Shown: positions 1 through 14,029 of the stretch, in pieces
Numbering within the stretch: the first letter of the stretch is position 1
Layout of the letters: each line of letters opens with the position of its first letter
Source: Octopus vulgaris
Taxonomy: Eukaryota
Direction of reading: 5' to 3'
Assembly: GCA_951406725.2 (NCBI GenBank)
Contig: OX597825.1
Location: forward strand, 48,670,001-48,734,000
DNA: 64,000 bases
The notes under the pieces: generated by a model
Seen by the model: only the letters and a program-made list of their open reading frames with translations
Database searches by the model: none
What the model was told of the DNA's origin: nothing
Program-made: the position numbers and the translations under genes

Positions 1-249
1 CTGGATTTGTTTCAATGTATTTTTTATACTCACGTCATCTGATAGAATTTTTGTTAAATGTACTTATTAACAGGAGGGGAGCGCCAGCAGGGCGGTTCTT
101 ATCAAATTTATACATTTTCAAGTTCAACGTGTTTCAAATAAGTACTGACAATTGAAGGTGATTGCGATGACAAAGAAACTACCTGATTTTTTAACTATTT
201 TAACTGTGAGAACATCGGATTATACATGTTATTAACATTTATTGTTTGT

Positions 250-367
250 GGCTCAGCTAATTACTGTTGAGATGGCATAATCCATGCTTCATTTTACTTA
301 GAGATGTAAAAGGCATTTTTAAATTTCATTATTTTCTTTAACCCGGGAAAGCCGGGTATTTCTGCTA

Positions 368-368
<1 letters not shown>
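250..368 (+). mobile_element. Helitron-type 3' terminus (non-autonomous fragment)
   Basis: Hairpin cccgg-gaaag-ccggg (342-356), then CTAG (365-368) followed by T; reverse-complement homologue at ~63720-63825. Confidence 0.6.
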
Positions 369-401
<33 letters not shown>

Positions 402-429
402 GTGCACATACATTTTTCGTTTATTTTTT

Positions 430-885
430 CTCTTACTTCTTATACTTGATTCAGTCACTTGACTGCTGTCATGCTGCAACACCACCTTGAAGGGTCCTAG
501 TCGAGCAGATCGACCCCATGATTAATTTTTTAAGCCTTGTACGTATTCTATTGGCCACCTTTACAGAGACTGGTTACAGAGACGTAAACATGAACGCTGG
601 TTGTCAAGAAGTGATAAGAGAAACGCTGACAGAAAAACACATACAAACGCACACACACATACACGCACACACAGACAGACACACACACACACACATACAC
701 ACACACATATATACATACACATGACTGGCTTCTTTCAGTTTCCGTTTACCAAATCCACTTACCAGGCTTTGGTCGGCCCGAGGCTATAGTAGAAGACACT
801 TGCCGAAGGTGCCACGTAGTGGGACTAAACCAGGAACCATGTGGTTGCAAAGCAAGCTTCCTACGACACAGACACACCTGCGCCT
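430..885 (-). mobile_element. tRNA-derived SINE, family A
   Basis: Minus-strand tRNA-like head with A/B-box-like motifs; homologous to copies at 13357, 42983, 43385 and 53020. Confidence 0.85.
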
Positions 886-1445
886 ATATATATATATATA
901 TATGTAAAATTTTCAATTTCATTTTTATACAGCATAACAATATTGTTTATTAACACTCATCCATAGCACTCCAAGATAAAATTTCCTCTGTATTAACATC
1001 CTATGTTTTATTTGCGTCTTGCCCCTTTAACTGGTAATTAACATCATGACTGAGTCTTCCCCTACCCAGTCTCCTTTCATAGATAGAGACTCTATATCCA
1101 ATTTACTACTCCTAATGTCTTCTTCCCTCCCTGAGGGAAAGGGATACATATGACAATATTTATGACCATACCTAGCCATGAGTTGTCAACTCACTCTTGC
1201 ACTTCATTCTAAACAGACACAGTCCTCTAGTCTTAGATTTAGTAGTTGATAAAAAGACTAATAAATTAGAAATGAACCACAATCTTTTACAAGCTATGAC
1301 CACTGTTGGCTTCATGCCATTCTTGGAAGTGTTGTCTATTCTTAGCTACAATAGAGGCATGAATTTTTTCCATCTTCATTCTCTGTTAAAGTATTTGAGA
1401 AAAATTATATTAATGTGTCCAACTAGTTAAAGTTCTATTTATCTG

Positions 1446-1531
1446 TGCAGCTGATGATAGCACTGTATTTAAATTGATGTAATGATTGCATTTTTCAATT
1501 AAATGAATCCACATGAAACGGTCGAACTGCA
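1446..1531 (+). ncRNA. Degenerate type I hammerhead ribozyme motif
   Basis: tgcag-CTGATGA-long stem/loop II-GAAA-cggtcg-aa-ctgca; stem I is perfect, but UH is mutated to AA and the base of stem II is poor. Confidence 0.45.
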
Positions 1532-1644
1532 TCACTACTTGATATCTTGTTGCTTATTCTGATTTTATTCACCTTACTTCGAGCTGTGAGGATAATACCG
1601 TATTGACTTGGTGCTTCAACTTAAATACCTAATTCAAGTGAATC

Positions 1645-1830
<186 letters not shown>

Positions 1831-2520
1831 AGTGGCATAACATGACCTTCATTATTTATCACTACGTAAACCATTACAGTTGGTGGAAACTTAGGGAACA
1901 CAATTCTGAAGATATCAGAAGTATCTGTACATAGCCACTTATCTTATCTTCTAAGAACCAAAGAAAATCATGCTTGTGATGGTTTTTAACCTTGTTAAGT
2001 AACCATGTGCCTTTGCAGACATGAATTAGTACATCGAATTTCCTCTTACACCGCAGTTCTGCTAATCCCCTCTAAAATCTGAAGTTTTTCGGAGTTAAAC
2101 CTCATTGATATTTTTGACCTGATCCATCGGTAATGTTTTGAACCCACTGGATGAATTGCGACGTCCTTATTGTGTTCGAATGCTTAGAATGTCATTTTTT
2201 CTTGAAACATTCCCGCCAGAGAATTCCAGGTCCATTCGAACTTTGTGTATTTTAAAATTGCTGCATTCGGCACGTACAGCAACAGTAACAGTCTCGTTTC
2301 ATTTCTTGTGCTAGCGTTTTATCTGAAGGAAATAAAAACATTCTAATTGGTCTGAAGAGAGTAATATACTCATAATTAAGTGTCCTCAAGTACTCCTCGC
2401 GTCCTATACATAGAATATATAAAATAAAAGATATCAAAGCGTTTATATATTAGTATTGAAGGAGTTTAAATATAATTTAGAAATACTGAAAAACAGGAAA
2501 ACAAAAGAGTGAAAATTCAC

Positions 2521-2810
2521 CGTAGTTCTTCATAAGTAGATAGATATCCAGAAAGTTCTTATTCTAAGATAAAATGTAAAAGTTTATTTTGATAATCCTT
2601 CATAGTAGTTTTCATAGATAGATATCTAGAGAGTTCATAGTCTGATTCTCTTTTCTCTTGTGTGTGGTGTAAGAGTATGAACTCTCCGGATATCTATCCA
2701 TCTTTGAAAAACTACAATAAAGGATTATCTGGATTCTCCCCTCTTTTATTTGTGATATTAGAGCATGAACTTTCTAGATACTAACTGTCTATAAAGAACT
2801 ACAATAAACT
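2521..2810. repeat. Foldback cluster of ~45-bp diverged motifs (two direct, two inverted)
   Basis: gtagtt..cata..tagatatc..gagagttc at ~2522 and ~2605; reverse-complement versions at ~2672 and ~2760. Confidence 0.6.
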
Positions 2811-2883
2811 CTTACTTTCCGTTTTCTTTAATCCTGTTTTTTTTTATCTACGTAATTATATTTATGCCCACTTCTGTATAACT

Positions 2884-3020
2884 GGCACTCCGTCGGTTAC
2901 GACAATAAGTATCACAGCTGATCGGATCACGGAACACTTTGAAATTAACATGTAAGTGTCTAAGCACTCCACAAACACGCGTACCCTTAACGTAGTTCTC
3001 AGGAAGCTTCAGCGGGACAC
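2884..3020 (-). mobile_element. SINE family B fragment
   Basis: Homologous to 10160-10310 (ggcactccgtcggttacgac...cttaacgtagttctc). Confidence 0.75.
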
Positions 3021-5167
3021 AAATATCTTTAAAAAGCAAATCCCAATTTTGTACTGCAGAAAAGCAATATAATAAAGCGTCTATAGGAAACGAAGAAATA
3101 CCTGTCAATATTATTTTCCCTCGGGATTTCATTATCCGTGCAAAGGTTACAAGCAGTAATTGGATCAATAATATCTTTGTTATAGCGCTGTGAGTTAAGA
3201 AATGGAAATTGTAAGACAAGGAAATTATAAAATAACATAATTATTTTGTACATTTGATTTGCACGACAATATTTTATGCATTTAAGAATATGGGATTTCA
3301 AAAATAATAAAGAATTCAGTTAGCTAACCAAGTATTCTTAAATATACATTTGAAGAAAGCTTAAACCACTGATCTTGTAAGTATTCTGAAGTGACGGTAC
3401 CGAATATAAATGACTGATCAGTTAAACTCATCAATCCAAATGATCTGACTCTGGGAAATATCACATACAGAATTAGAGAAGGTTAATCGCTAATTTAGCA
3501 AGAAAAAGATATAAAGGAAAAGAAGGAAATAAGAGGACTATAACATCAAAGGTCAATGGAATGTCTCTCAAGAAAAATCCAAGTTCCAACATGATCACCA
3601 AGATATTTCTAGGGAGAACACTACAATAGATTTGTGACTATAGGATTTATTTTCGAAAACTACTTTAATTTCTTTCATCTTTGTATTACGAGAAATGTCA
3701 ATGGATGATAATCATTGTCTATTTAAAGTAAGTATCGGGATAGAAACGACAGATCTCTGTAAAAATATCTTAGAGCAATATTTTCATGAATATACTTCGA
3801 GTCCAGTTTTGATTAAGAAATTTCGGGCATATAAAAGCAAACCTTTATAACTATATATTTCTGTTTTGGTTGCTGTTTTAGATTCAATTTTAGCGGTTCA
3901 AAGTTTAAATGAATTTATTGTGAAAACTTTGTTGCTGCGAATATAACAGATTTGTCAAAATATTAATTATAATCAAAAAGAACCTGCAGCAGACCTTCTT
4001 GTTTGGTAGGAATTTAATGAGCATCAGTAATGGCTGCCTTCTGGTATTACTCCTTGACATTCAATAGTCCCAACTATTCTGTCTTCTAAGGGCAGACAGT
4101 CTTTAGGTCTCGGATTTATTCTGTAGTATAGTGGTGTTTTATTAAATAGGTTTCTGGTATAATAACCTACAGAATTAAGTTCTATAACGTTCCAGTGCGA
4201 TACCACAAAAGCATATATTTGATACAGATAGTGTGAAAATGTGATGGTAGCAGAGACAGTGTGGTGACTTTGAAAATGAAGATTTTTGCTGACTCTGCGA
4301 GAATATTTATTTTGGATCTTTACGTTTTGACCGACATATTTTAAAAATAACTTTTTGTAACTAAACACTTTCAAACTTCGGACACTGGTAGAATGTGTCA
4401 TATAAAACATCTTTTACTGTTAGCATTTTTGAGAAAAATTTATATTTACGAAGTTATTTCGCGTTAAAGTTGTCGTATTTCGGTAATTTCAACCAATCAA
4501 TTTCGGGTCTTGTGCCTAGAGTTAGCATTTTCGAACACAATTATTTTCTCCGTTTGTTTCACATCTTTTGAGTTCAAATCCGGCCGTGGATAGCTTTACC
4601 TTCTGTTTTTACAACCACGAAATCAAGTAGGAGTAGTACTTTCAGAAAGTCAAAGACAATGTGAACTCACTTGCATCTTATAGTACAACTTGTCTTTATA
4701 TAAAGTTAGAGAAGAACTGGAAACTGGAGAATAGCACAAATATCAGGGCCGGTTGGGAAAAAGAAAAATGGAAAATGAAGGAGTTCAAGCCGATAGTGCC
4801 TCAGATGCAAACAAGATTTAAAACTTCATGAAAAATCTCGGCTTTGGGTTGATCCAAAAGAAACAATTCATCTACTCAATCATTGAGCGCTGAGATAAAC
4901 GATTCAATTAAAATGTTGTTTGGGCGTAAGTTAAGAGAACAGCACCAGACATCCCGAAAAGACTGATTTTCGATAAAGACCACATTTGAAAGATTATGCC
5001 TCAGGAAGAATAGAGCCATTCACAACTCGTCTGACCCTGAAAAATATTCACAGGTACTAGAACTATAAACCACCTGGAGCTGTGGGGTAATTTAATATAA
5101 GCTAGGTTATGGTAACTGATCTCTTTTTGGTTGGGTTACTCTTGTATTCATATGTGTATATCACATA

Positions 5168-5203
5168 GTCGCAGGAGTGGCTGTGTGGTAAGTAGCTTGC
5201 TTC
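5168..5203 (+). mobile_element. 5' head of a SINE family A copy, truncated by the LINE that follows
   Basis: gcaggagtggctgtgtggtaagtagcttgctt matches the family A head. Confidence 0.75.
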
Positions 5204-7630
5204 CTGTTTGTGTCTCAGCTAGTCAGACGTGCATTTTTCGTTCTGAGGATTACTTGCTTTCTGTGTGGAGTACCTGTTTAAACTGTCTCTTGTATTCGGA
5301 TTATCACCTGCGAATATTTTGTGACGCCTCTCAGAGCGGGAAGGTAAGAAACATTCTTTGAAAACTTTTAGTGGAAAAAAACTGAACTTTATTAAGCCGT
5401 TTTAGGGTTTTTGTTGCACCCGCCCCCAAGTGGGGGAGATGATTGGAATTACTATCTTTTGTTAGGCTTCGTGGAAGCTATATTACGTTTTTTTCTGAAC
5501 ATTTAAAAAAATATTATTATAAGTTTCCACTTTTGTGGAAGTGATACATTTGTTTTTTGTGTAAACGAATTTATTTTGAACCGGTGTAAAGTTTTACAAA
5601 GAACCCCGCTCCCAGTCGGGGTAGTACTTGGAACATTATCCTCGCTAGAAGGAAAAAATATTTTCTGTCTTGTTTCTGACTTTGCTAATTTCGGGCGAGT
5701 ATGTCGGTCGAGATTATCAGAGAGAAATGTACCCTCGAAGAGGGAGGTGTCAGTGTGGCAATGATGCTACTACTGCTAAGAAGTTTGCGCCTTTTGCAGT
5801 CGTTGCAACAGAGACAATTATTATTCCTCTAGAAAAATTAGAGGAATAATTTAAGAGAATGTCGGAAGAGGTTGGAGACATTAAGACATCGCCCGCCTCC
5901 AACGAAATAGAGAAAAAAAGAAAAACTGTGTTATTCAAATCGTTCTGCACAGAACATAAAAGATTCGGGCATTTCGATAAGGAAAAAATTGAAAAGTGTC
6001 TGGCCCCTGTGTGGAAAGATATTGTTTATGTCGCCAGGGGTCAGACGTATGCCTCTATAGAGGTGCAATTCAGAACCGAGGAATTGGCCCACGGGTACTC
6101 GGTGAGTCCACGGAAAACAGAAGAAATGACACTTCTACCAGCCTACATGGGGAGACGGACTTCTCGTGTAAAGGTAACAGAAGTGTCATCAGAAGTCGGT
6201 CCAAGGGAGGTGATGGCTGCACTTTTGTTTAACAGGCAAGGGAAAATTAAGTTCCAACAAATTACATGCTCTGCATCCCAGAACTGACTGGGGCAGAGCA
6301 TTTCAGCTATCATTCAAGGGGCACCGGAAGGTATTTAAATGACTCCGGATCGGGTACTCGTGGGGGAGAATGTGGCCCTTCAGATACAGGTGGAAGGGAA
6401 GAAACCTACCTGTTATGAATGTGGAAGGAAGGGCCACTTTCGTTTGAATTGTGAGGTAAGGAAGCAAAAAAAAAAAAAAGAAAAAAGGACAGTATTGTAC
6501 AACACCAGGCTCTACATCTGTGAAAAACAACCCCAAGCCCACACACACACCAGCCCCCACAAAGACAAATACTCCCACACCCTCTGTTGTTGTGCCGCCC
6601 CACAAACAAACAAACAAAAAGACCTAACCCCTGCATACAGAAGACTCCACAATAACAAAACCTCCACCATTTTGAAACCTGTGGCACCAAGTGATAGTAA
6701 AAATATGACTCTCCCTGACGACACGATGGAGGTGGCAGAGGGGGAGTTTACAACAGTTCGGAAATGAACGCACGTGCCTTCCTACATCCCCCACAAAAGA
6801 AAACAACAGCACGTCACTACACATAACAAAAACAAAACCCTGCTCCCCCAAGTAATATAAAAACAAGAAAAATACTGACTGAGTATAATACAAAAGACAG
6901 CTATTTGGAGGAGATCATTACAAATCACCATACGACGGAACTTTTCCCGCAACAAAGGGATATGAAAAAGAGGTGTTCCTGGACAGGGGAAACACTATAC
7001 AAACAACTTAAGGAGAGGTGTCCTAAACTTATTAGAAGAATTACGACCCTACCAGCGTACTTAAAAAAAGGAGGAGGAAGGCGCTGCGCCGCGTGTAATG
7101 AGGTCAACCCCAACATCACCAGTCAAGGGTAAGTAGAACCCTTGTTTTTCCCCTTGTTTTATGGCTTTGCTTAACTTGGGGTGCTTGAAGGTGCGTGGTC
7201 TGAGCTCGAAGTGGAAGCAGGCCTGTTTCCTCGATGACCTCAGATCACATGATATACAAGTGATGGTTGCTACAGAGACTAAGCTGGACAGTCTACAAAC
7301 CTTCTCATCCCTGCTGAATGGCTATGAGAAAATCATGTCTCCAAGCCAGACCTAGCCAGTGGGCGTAGTAGTACTCGTCCGAAAAGGCTTGTCTCTGCAA
7401 ACAAGTACAGTCTATGTGGACCCTGAATGTGGCCTAGTCGTCCTTGGTATGACACACAGCGGTAAGGCCTTCAGGTTGATCGAAATCTACGCACCCTGTG
7501 CTAGAGGATTACAAACTGATTTTTATCGGCGCCTGGAGAACTTTCACGTGACGGTTGTGTTAGGAGACTACACGCTATCGTTGACGCACACGTCGATAGC
7601 ATAGTCGTCCCAGAGTGGACCTGGATGAGT
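5204..7630 (+). mobile_element. Tx1/L1-clade LINE, 5' part (ORF1 with CCHC knuckle and start of ORF2 APE endonuclease), decayed
   Basis: ORF1 pieces 5859-6767 include CYECGRKGHFRLNC; APE N-terminus at 7161-7604 (LNLGCLKVRGL...ETKL...IYAP...LGD); stops and frameshifts present. Confidence 0.85.
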
Positions 7631-8051
7631 GGCGACGGAAGGTTTATTAAACTTTCCTATCTGATTCAAATTAATATTTTTCTGGTAACTTTTACCAGCC
7701 TTTGCAAAATTCATTTTATCTACGTTGTCAATTGCTCTAAGGAGTTCCTCTTCTGAGGAGGAACACTCAGACGAGCTCATGCTACTAGTATAGGACATCC
7801 TTGAAGCTACGCAGCCCCCTATAAAAGGGGAACAGCGTAAAATAATTCAGCCATTAACCAGCAATACAATTGTTCAACAATGCAATACAATAACAAATTA
7901 AACAATTTTCACAATTTTTAGTTTTCCCCTGACCCCAAAATTACGCGAGAATTTTTTCTCTGCAATGGTTAACCATGTTTTGTATCCACTCGTAAAAACA
8001 GACAACCGAAACCAACAGGCGTGCTAATGATTCTGCCAGCTCACCGCCTTA

Positions 8052-8853
8052 AAGTCATCCCATAAATAATGCAAGTCATCCCATAAATAATACTTCTTTT
8101 ATCTTACAAAATTAAGATAAAAAATTTCTTTTTTAATCTAAGATATACTCTATATGTTAGACTTGCGAGGCTCCATTTCCAAAATTAACTTGTCCGAAAA
8201 ATACTCCTCAAGTACTGTTCTGACCTCGTCTACAGAATTCATATTTTTTTCGCCCAAATGTCCGGCGAATATGATGGGTGGGGCATCGTTTCCAATTCAA
8301 ACTGCTCCAGCCTTTGGAATGTCATCCTCGCTGTATGTATCCGAGCATTATCCTCATGGAAGAACACCTTTCGTCTTGAAACCAAAGATGGTCATTTTCC
8401 TTCTAACGCTGAATTAATCCGCCTAAGCTTCTCGCAGATTTCCTTTGTTATCATTTGGTTTGGGCTTAAAAGCTCAAAGTGGAATAAACCTGTCATATAC
8501 CACCAAACAGATAACAACACCTTACGTGGGTGAAGACCTTCTTTAGCCTGGACTGCCGGTGTTTCTACTTTCCCTATCCACTGTCTTCGGCCCTTGATAT
8601 TTTTATAGGAACCCATTTCTTGTCATCAGTTATCATTCGGTTAAAAAAGGTTCATTCGTGACAGCAAAGAAAAGCAAACATTCACTCTCTGCGCGTGATT
8701 AGACTCGGCAAGTTTGTGAGGAACCCATTCACCCAATTTGCTGACTTTTCCAATAGCACGAAGTTGCCGATGAATGGTTGAATGACCAAATGCAAGCTTC
8801 TCTGCTAGTTTTAGCAATTGAAAAAAACCCGCATTATTTATGGGATGACCCAA
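8052..8853 (-). mobile_element. Internally deleted mariner element
   Basis: TIR gtcatcccataaataatgc at ~8054 and its reverse complement at 8831-8849; transposase motifs WVPHKL and HPRKVLLSVWW. Confidence 0.9.
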
Positions 8854-9035
8854 CATTTCAGTTCAGAACCCATCCATATAAGCATCATTGCAATGATCTG
8901 ATACTGAATCGAATTTCCTATTCAATGTACGAAATAAATGTAGTTAAGGAAACAGACTGAAATACAATTATAACATTATATATACTTTCAATATCAGTTC
9001 AGAGTAAAAATATTACAAATGTTATCCTTGGTTAA

Positions 9036-9158
<123 letters not shown>

Positions 9159-10159
9159 ACTATAGAAAGACCCAAATAAAAGACAAAAAATTTAAGGTTA
9201 TTCAAATATGTTTTTATGTTGTTGGAATATCATTTGGAATTCCAGAGCATGATTTGAAGACAATATTATCCAAGAACCTTCTTGTTTCGAAGCAATCCAC
9301 TACTGCACACGAATTAAAGTATTTGATTTCAAGTGGCATCAGTCGATACTTGATGTTGTTAAGCAGCATATTAGATTTTTTAGAATATTCCTTTCAGACA
9401 ATCGACAATTCCAGCTGAAACTGTTCAGTTCAATCGCGTAAAAACATTGGGAACTGAAACTTAGCAAACATTAAATAATGCCAAAAGAGCCCAAAATTGA
9501 ATATTTCATTTTCATTTACAATTTTTATTTTTAAATAATTAATGCGTTAAGCTGGAAATAAAAAGTATATGCTTGGAATTAACTCATTTTGAAATAAAAA
9601 ATTGATTTTCAAAAACAAACAAACAAACAAAATCCCCCAAAAAACAAAAACAAACAAACAAAACAAAACAAAACAAAACAAAAAGAAAAAAGATTCAGTT
9701 GCGAATAAAATTCTCTAGCTGCTTCCCTTTTTAATATCAAATTATTCGAACAGTTGAAAGTTAAGTTAATAGGTATGAAAAAATATTATAGAAAAATGTT
9801 CTTGAACCAGAGAGAGAAGAGAGTGCAGAAATAAGTTATAATTGTTTATAATGGTTTTGAATTCATAGTAAGTGATTTGGTTGGACTATCGACAAAAATC
9901 TTTATTCTACACTGTGCCAACTAGATTTAGGGATCAAATACCATATCACAAGGGGAAAATTACCTGACAAAAATTGAAGTCTAAGAAGTTAATCTAGTAT
10001 CCATTAGTATTATGAAACTAGAGATGAATAAAGATCTTAAAACAGTATAGAGTTAATCATAGTATCTATAGTGTACAATATAATCTTGGTATTTATATTC
10101 TACAAAATAATCACGATATTCATATTACTCAAACCCTATAGTGTCTCCGTGGCACTCAT

Positions 10160-10511
10160 GGCACTCCGTCGGTTACGACGACGAACGTTCCAGTTGATCC
10201 GATCAACGGAACAACCTGCTCGTGGAATTAACGTGTAAGTGGCTGAGCACTCTATAGACACGTGTACTCTTAACGTAGTTCTCGAGGAGAGTCAGCGTGA
10301 CACAGTGTGTGATAAGGCTGACCCTTTGAAATACAGGTACAACAGAAACAGGAAGAAAGAGCGAGAAAAAGTTGCGAAAGAGTACTGCAAGGTTCGCCAC
10401 CCTCCCTGCCGGAGCCTCAGGTGTTTTTGCTCAATAAACACCAACAACACCCGGTCTGGGAATCGAAACTGCTATCCCACGACCGTGAGTCCGCTGGGCC
10501 ATTGCGCCTCC
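10160..10511 (-). mobile_element. tRNA-derived SINE, family B
   Basis: Minus-strand head ggaggcgcaatggcccagcgg...gtttcgattccc (B-box-like); body shared with 2884 and 37925. Confidence 0.8.
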
Positions 10512-10719
10512 AGCTTATAGTGTTTGACTGTTCAATGGAAAATGACAAAATGATTCGTGAACAGCCGTCTCGAAATAAAAATCAACCAAACCTCTTCGGT
10601 AAATGCTATCACAATAAATAAGTAATGACGTATATGCGTCATAAGATATTCAACGAGTGAAACTTAGTAATTGTACATAGCACAATTGATAAACCTTCGT
10701 GTAACACGAAGAAATTATC

Positions 10720-11190
10720 TCTAGCTGGAGCCATCAACTTGACACTGAAATAGGCATCAGAATGAGTAAAATTTGGTTAATGGTTTACTGAGGAAAGTGT
10801 TGGCGGTACTGCCTTGTTTTACAAGCTCTACGAGATTGGTGAGGACTTTGACCAGTATACATGTTACAGGGTGAACTTTGCTGAAAGCACAGAATTGTGA
10901 GGTAATGGTGTTGTTAAACCGGGCCATCTCAGATTAAGTCTAGTAACAAATTGATGGATTTCGCCCACTTAACACTTGCTTTGCTGCATTTGATACATTT
11001 TGTAGAGACAATCCGGGAAAAATACTTCATGAGCTCTCTGTTGGCACATCAGGCTAAGAATATTGATTAGATTAGTGAAGAACTCCAGGTCATCTTTTTG
11101 GCAGGCTCCAAGGTCATGTTTCATCACAATTCTATATTGCAAAGTCCGTGAATGGGCTCCGGACAAAGAGATTTTCACACAGAGTGATAT
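10720..11190 (+). mobile_element. Highly decayed RTE-like LINE 3' fragment
   Basis: Traces such as LDTEIGIRMSK resemble the post-RT region of the RTE at 41742-42830. Confidence 0.4.
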
Positions 11191-11247
11191 ATAAGAAATA
11201 AGTTAGAAATAATGGTCATTGCATATTATTCCTTATATATACATATA

Positions 11248-12470
11248 CAGAGTGTCCCAAAATTAAGGCAACCAACTCTTTTCTATTTTGCCAAAACAAA
11301 ATATTATTATATTTCGAGTCCAAGCGTTGCAATGCAATGGTAAAAGAAACACAATTTTGACACTACCACATTTATTCGATATGACCATCTCTGGTTCAAA
11401 TCATTGCCTTAAGTCTATGTATGAATGCTTCATACACGGCACGCAATTGTTCTTGCAGAACCACAGCCCATTCCTGGCGCAGTTTTGCCTTCAGAGCGTC
11501 GAGCGAAACATGAGGAGTGCTCGAGACCTTCGTCTCCAAAATGGACCAAACAGAAACGGGTTGAGATCGGGGCTTCTCGACGGGCGTATATCCTTGCCTT
11601 ATGAACGACAGAATCTTTTTCTGAATCCACTGTTGTGTCTTTTTGGAGCAGTGGGATTGTGCCTAGTCCTGTTGGAGGTTCACTGTGCGCCTTGAAATTG
11701 CTCATTCGCCCATGGAAGCAGTTCAGCTTCCATATTGTCGCTAATGTACCGCTGGGTATTAATTTTAACACCCGAGGGCACAAAAACAAGGGGAGATCTT
11801 CCAGTGGATGTCACAGTCGCCCAGACCATAACTGACTGTGAATTTTGACGTCGAGTTACGAGTCTACCCTCGATGGAGTTAGATACACTCCAAAGTCGGT
11901 CATTCTGGTGGTTTACTGTCTGTTCGATGTCAACAGCGAACACCAGGTCGGGCACCATGCCTTCAGCAATCTGACGCAGGATAAGATGACTTATCTTCAG
12001 CCCCATGGCCTTATAAACTTGATTGAGCTAATGATGACGGATCATCTTGGAGGTATGTGTCCTGAGATACATCGATATTCGGCTTATTTTTGTTAACGAC
12101 AAGGATTTCGCCGACAAGGATGGAACGACAAGGATTTCGCCGTATCTTTTCTCTCGTACTTTTGATAAGTTGGAGGGCCCGCACACTTTTTTTCGACCAC
12201 TTTAAGATCGATCAGCGGTGGAACCAGTTTCTTGAAATTTCTTGACAATTTTCCAGATTGTTGATCGGTTAATTCTAAGCTCCTTTGTGGAGGGTTATGA
12301 TTGTCTTTCGGTGTATAACCATTATCTAATTTATAAATCCGAATTTATTTAGTCCGAAACAAAAGCAAGAAACACTAAACTTTTATAATGATGTATAGTT
12401 TTCATATCTTATCACATTTATCGACAGCTTTTAAAGCTCGAAGCTTCGGTTGCCTTAATTTTGCAACAAC

Positions 12471-12473
<3 letters not shown>
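11248..12473 (-). mobile_element. Tc1/mariner-superfamily transposon (maT/DD37D-like), decayed
   Basis: TIRs cagagtgtcccaaaattaaggcaacc / ggttgccttaattttgcaacaacctg, TA on both sides; transposase motifs SVMVWATVT...PLVFVPSGVKIN and SPDLNP. Confidence 0.9.
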
Positions 12474-12520
<47 letters not shown>

Positions 12521-13222
12521 CTACTGCCGTTTGTATTATGAGCAATATGGAAAAATATATACCATCCTATATTATTAATCGTGATCACAAATGTGGTGAA
12601 AGGTTAAGTAATTTGTGGAGATAGTGATTAATGTAAAATATGAAATATAGTTTAATTTATGGTTTCATGATAGTTTTCCTCCTTTCATGCTAGTTTAGAA
12701 AGGAGGAAAACTGAAAAGCAATAAAAATAGGAAGAAAGTGAAAGAAAGAAAGCAAACAAAGTAAAAGTTCAAAGAAAACATAAAAAAAACCGAAGGAAGA
12801 TTTTTTTCCTTAAATTATGTGTGAATGCTATCACATGCAGATACACATACATACGTACGTATGTATGTGTATGCGTATACACATACATACGTACGTATGT
12901 ATGTGTATGCGTGCGTGTGTTTTTTGTGTGTTTGGTTTAGGCAGCTTTAGCTGTGGAGGTCAATATAATATGAAAATATTCTATTATTTCCTAAAGAAAA
13001 TAGAAACATAACTGAGAACCACCTTATAAATCTGTTTCTGGATAATTTTTCCTTCTTAAGAGGAGCATATACCATAGTTCTTCGGCCACCTTGAGCATCT
13101 TGAGTCTAAATCTTTCTATATACAGCTGTAGCTTGACAGATTATAACAACTGTTCTAATTTGCATATAATATTTCTCGTCAATCTAGAAGTAAATTAAAG
13201 AATATATATGTATGTGTGTGTT

Positions 13223-13253
<31 letters not shown>

Positions 13254-13356
13254 TTGTGTGTGTGTGTGACTATAAATATAGATAAATATATATATGTATT
13301 TATACAGAACACAGAATAATCCAGGATATCCCAAACATTTATGATTTAACTCCTAT

Positions 13357-13724
13357 CTCTTACTTGTTTTAGTCAATCGATAGCAGCTGGGGCACCGTCT
13401 TGAAGAGTTTTAGTCGAACGAATCGACCCCAGTACTTACTTTTTAAGGCCTGCTGCTTATTTTGTAAACCTTTAACCGCTAAGTTAAGGGACGCAAAAAC
13501 CCAGTATCAGTCACCAAGCGGTGCTTAGAGATCAACACAGAGACAAAGACACACACACATACATATGCAACACGAGCTTCTTTCAGTATTTATGTACCAA
13601 ATTCACGAACAAGGCCCTGATCGCCCCGAGGCTGTAGAAGACACTTGTCCCAGGTGTCACACAGTGAGATTGAATCAGAAGCCATGTGGTTAGGAAGCAA
13701 ACTTTTTACTACACAACCATGCCT
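13357..13724 (-). mobile_element. tRNA-derived SINE, family A (diverged)
   Basis: Homology to the other family A copies. Confidence 0.8.
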
Positions 13725-14029
13725 AAAATTTATAAATTATTTGTTTGAAATTTTCCGCTGTGATAATCAAGATGATATGAAGACATACTATTGTGTTCTT
13801 AAGTAACCCGAAAAATAATTGGGAATATTCTTACAAATCTGTTTCGAATTGTCTCGTCTAAGAGAAGTGAGATAAAGTTTAAAGAGTACCTCAAAATATT
13901 CTATCTTTGGGAGTCACTGGTTTTGTATTTACTGGTCTAGGTGGAGGTGATGGTGGTGATAAACAGAGAAAGTATGAGTAATGTACTAGATTTCTCTTTA
14001 TGATGGGGCTTTTAAAACCTTAGATCAGT

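Noticed and set aside
4024-4410. 128-aa minus-strand ORF
   Set aside because: No recognisable domain or splice context.
7568-7798. Acidic Ser-rich 76-aa ORF, possible transposase N-terminus
   Set aside because: Too short to classify; no catalytic motif or termini.
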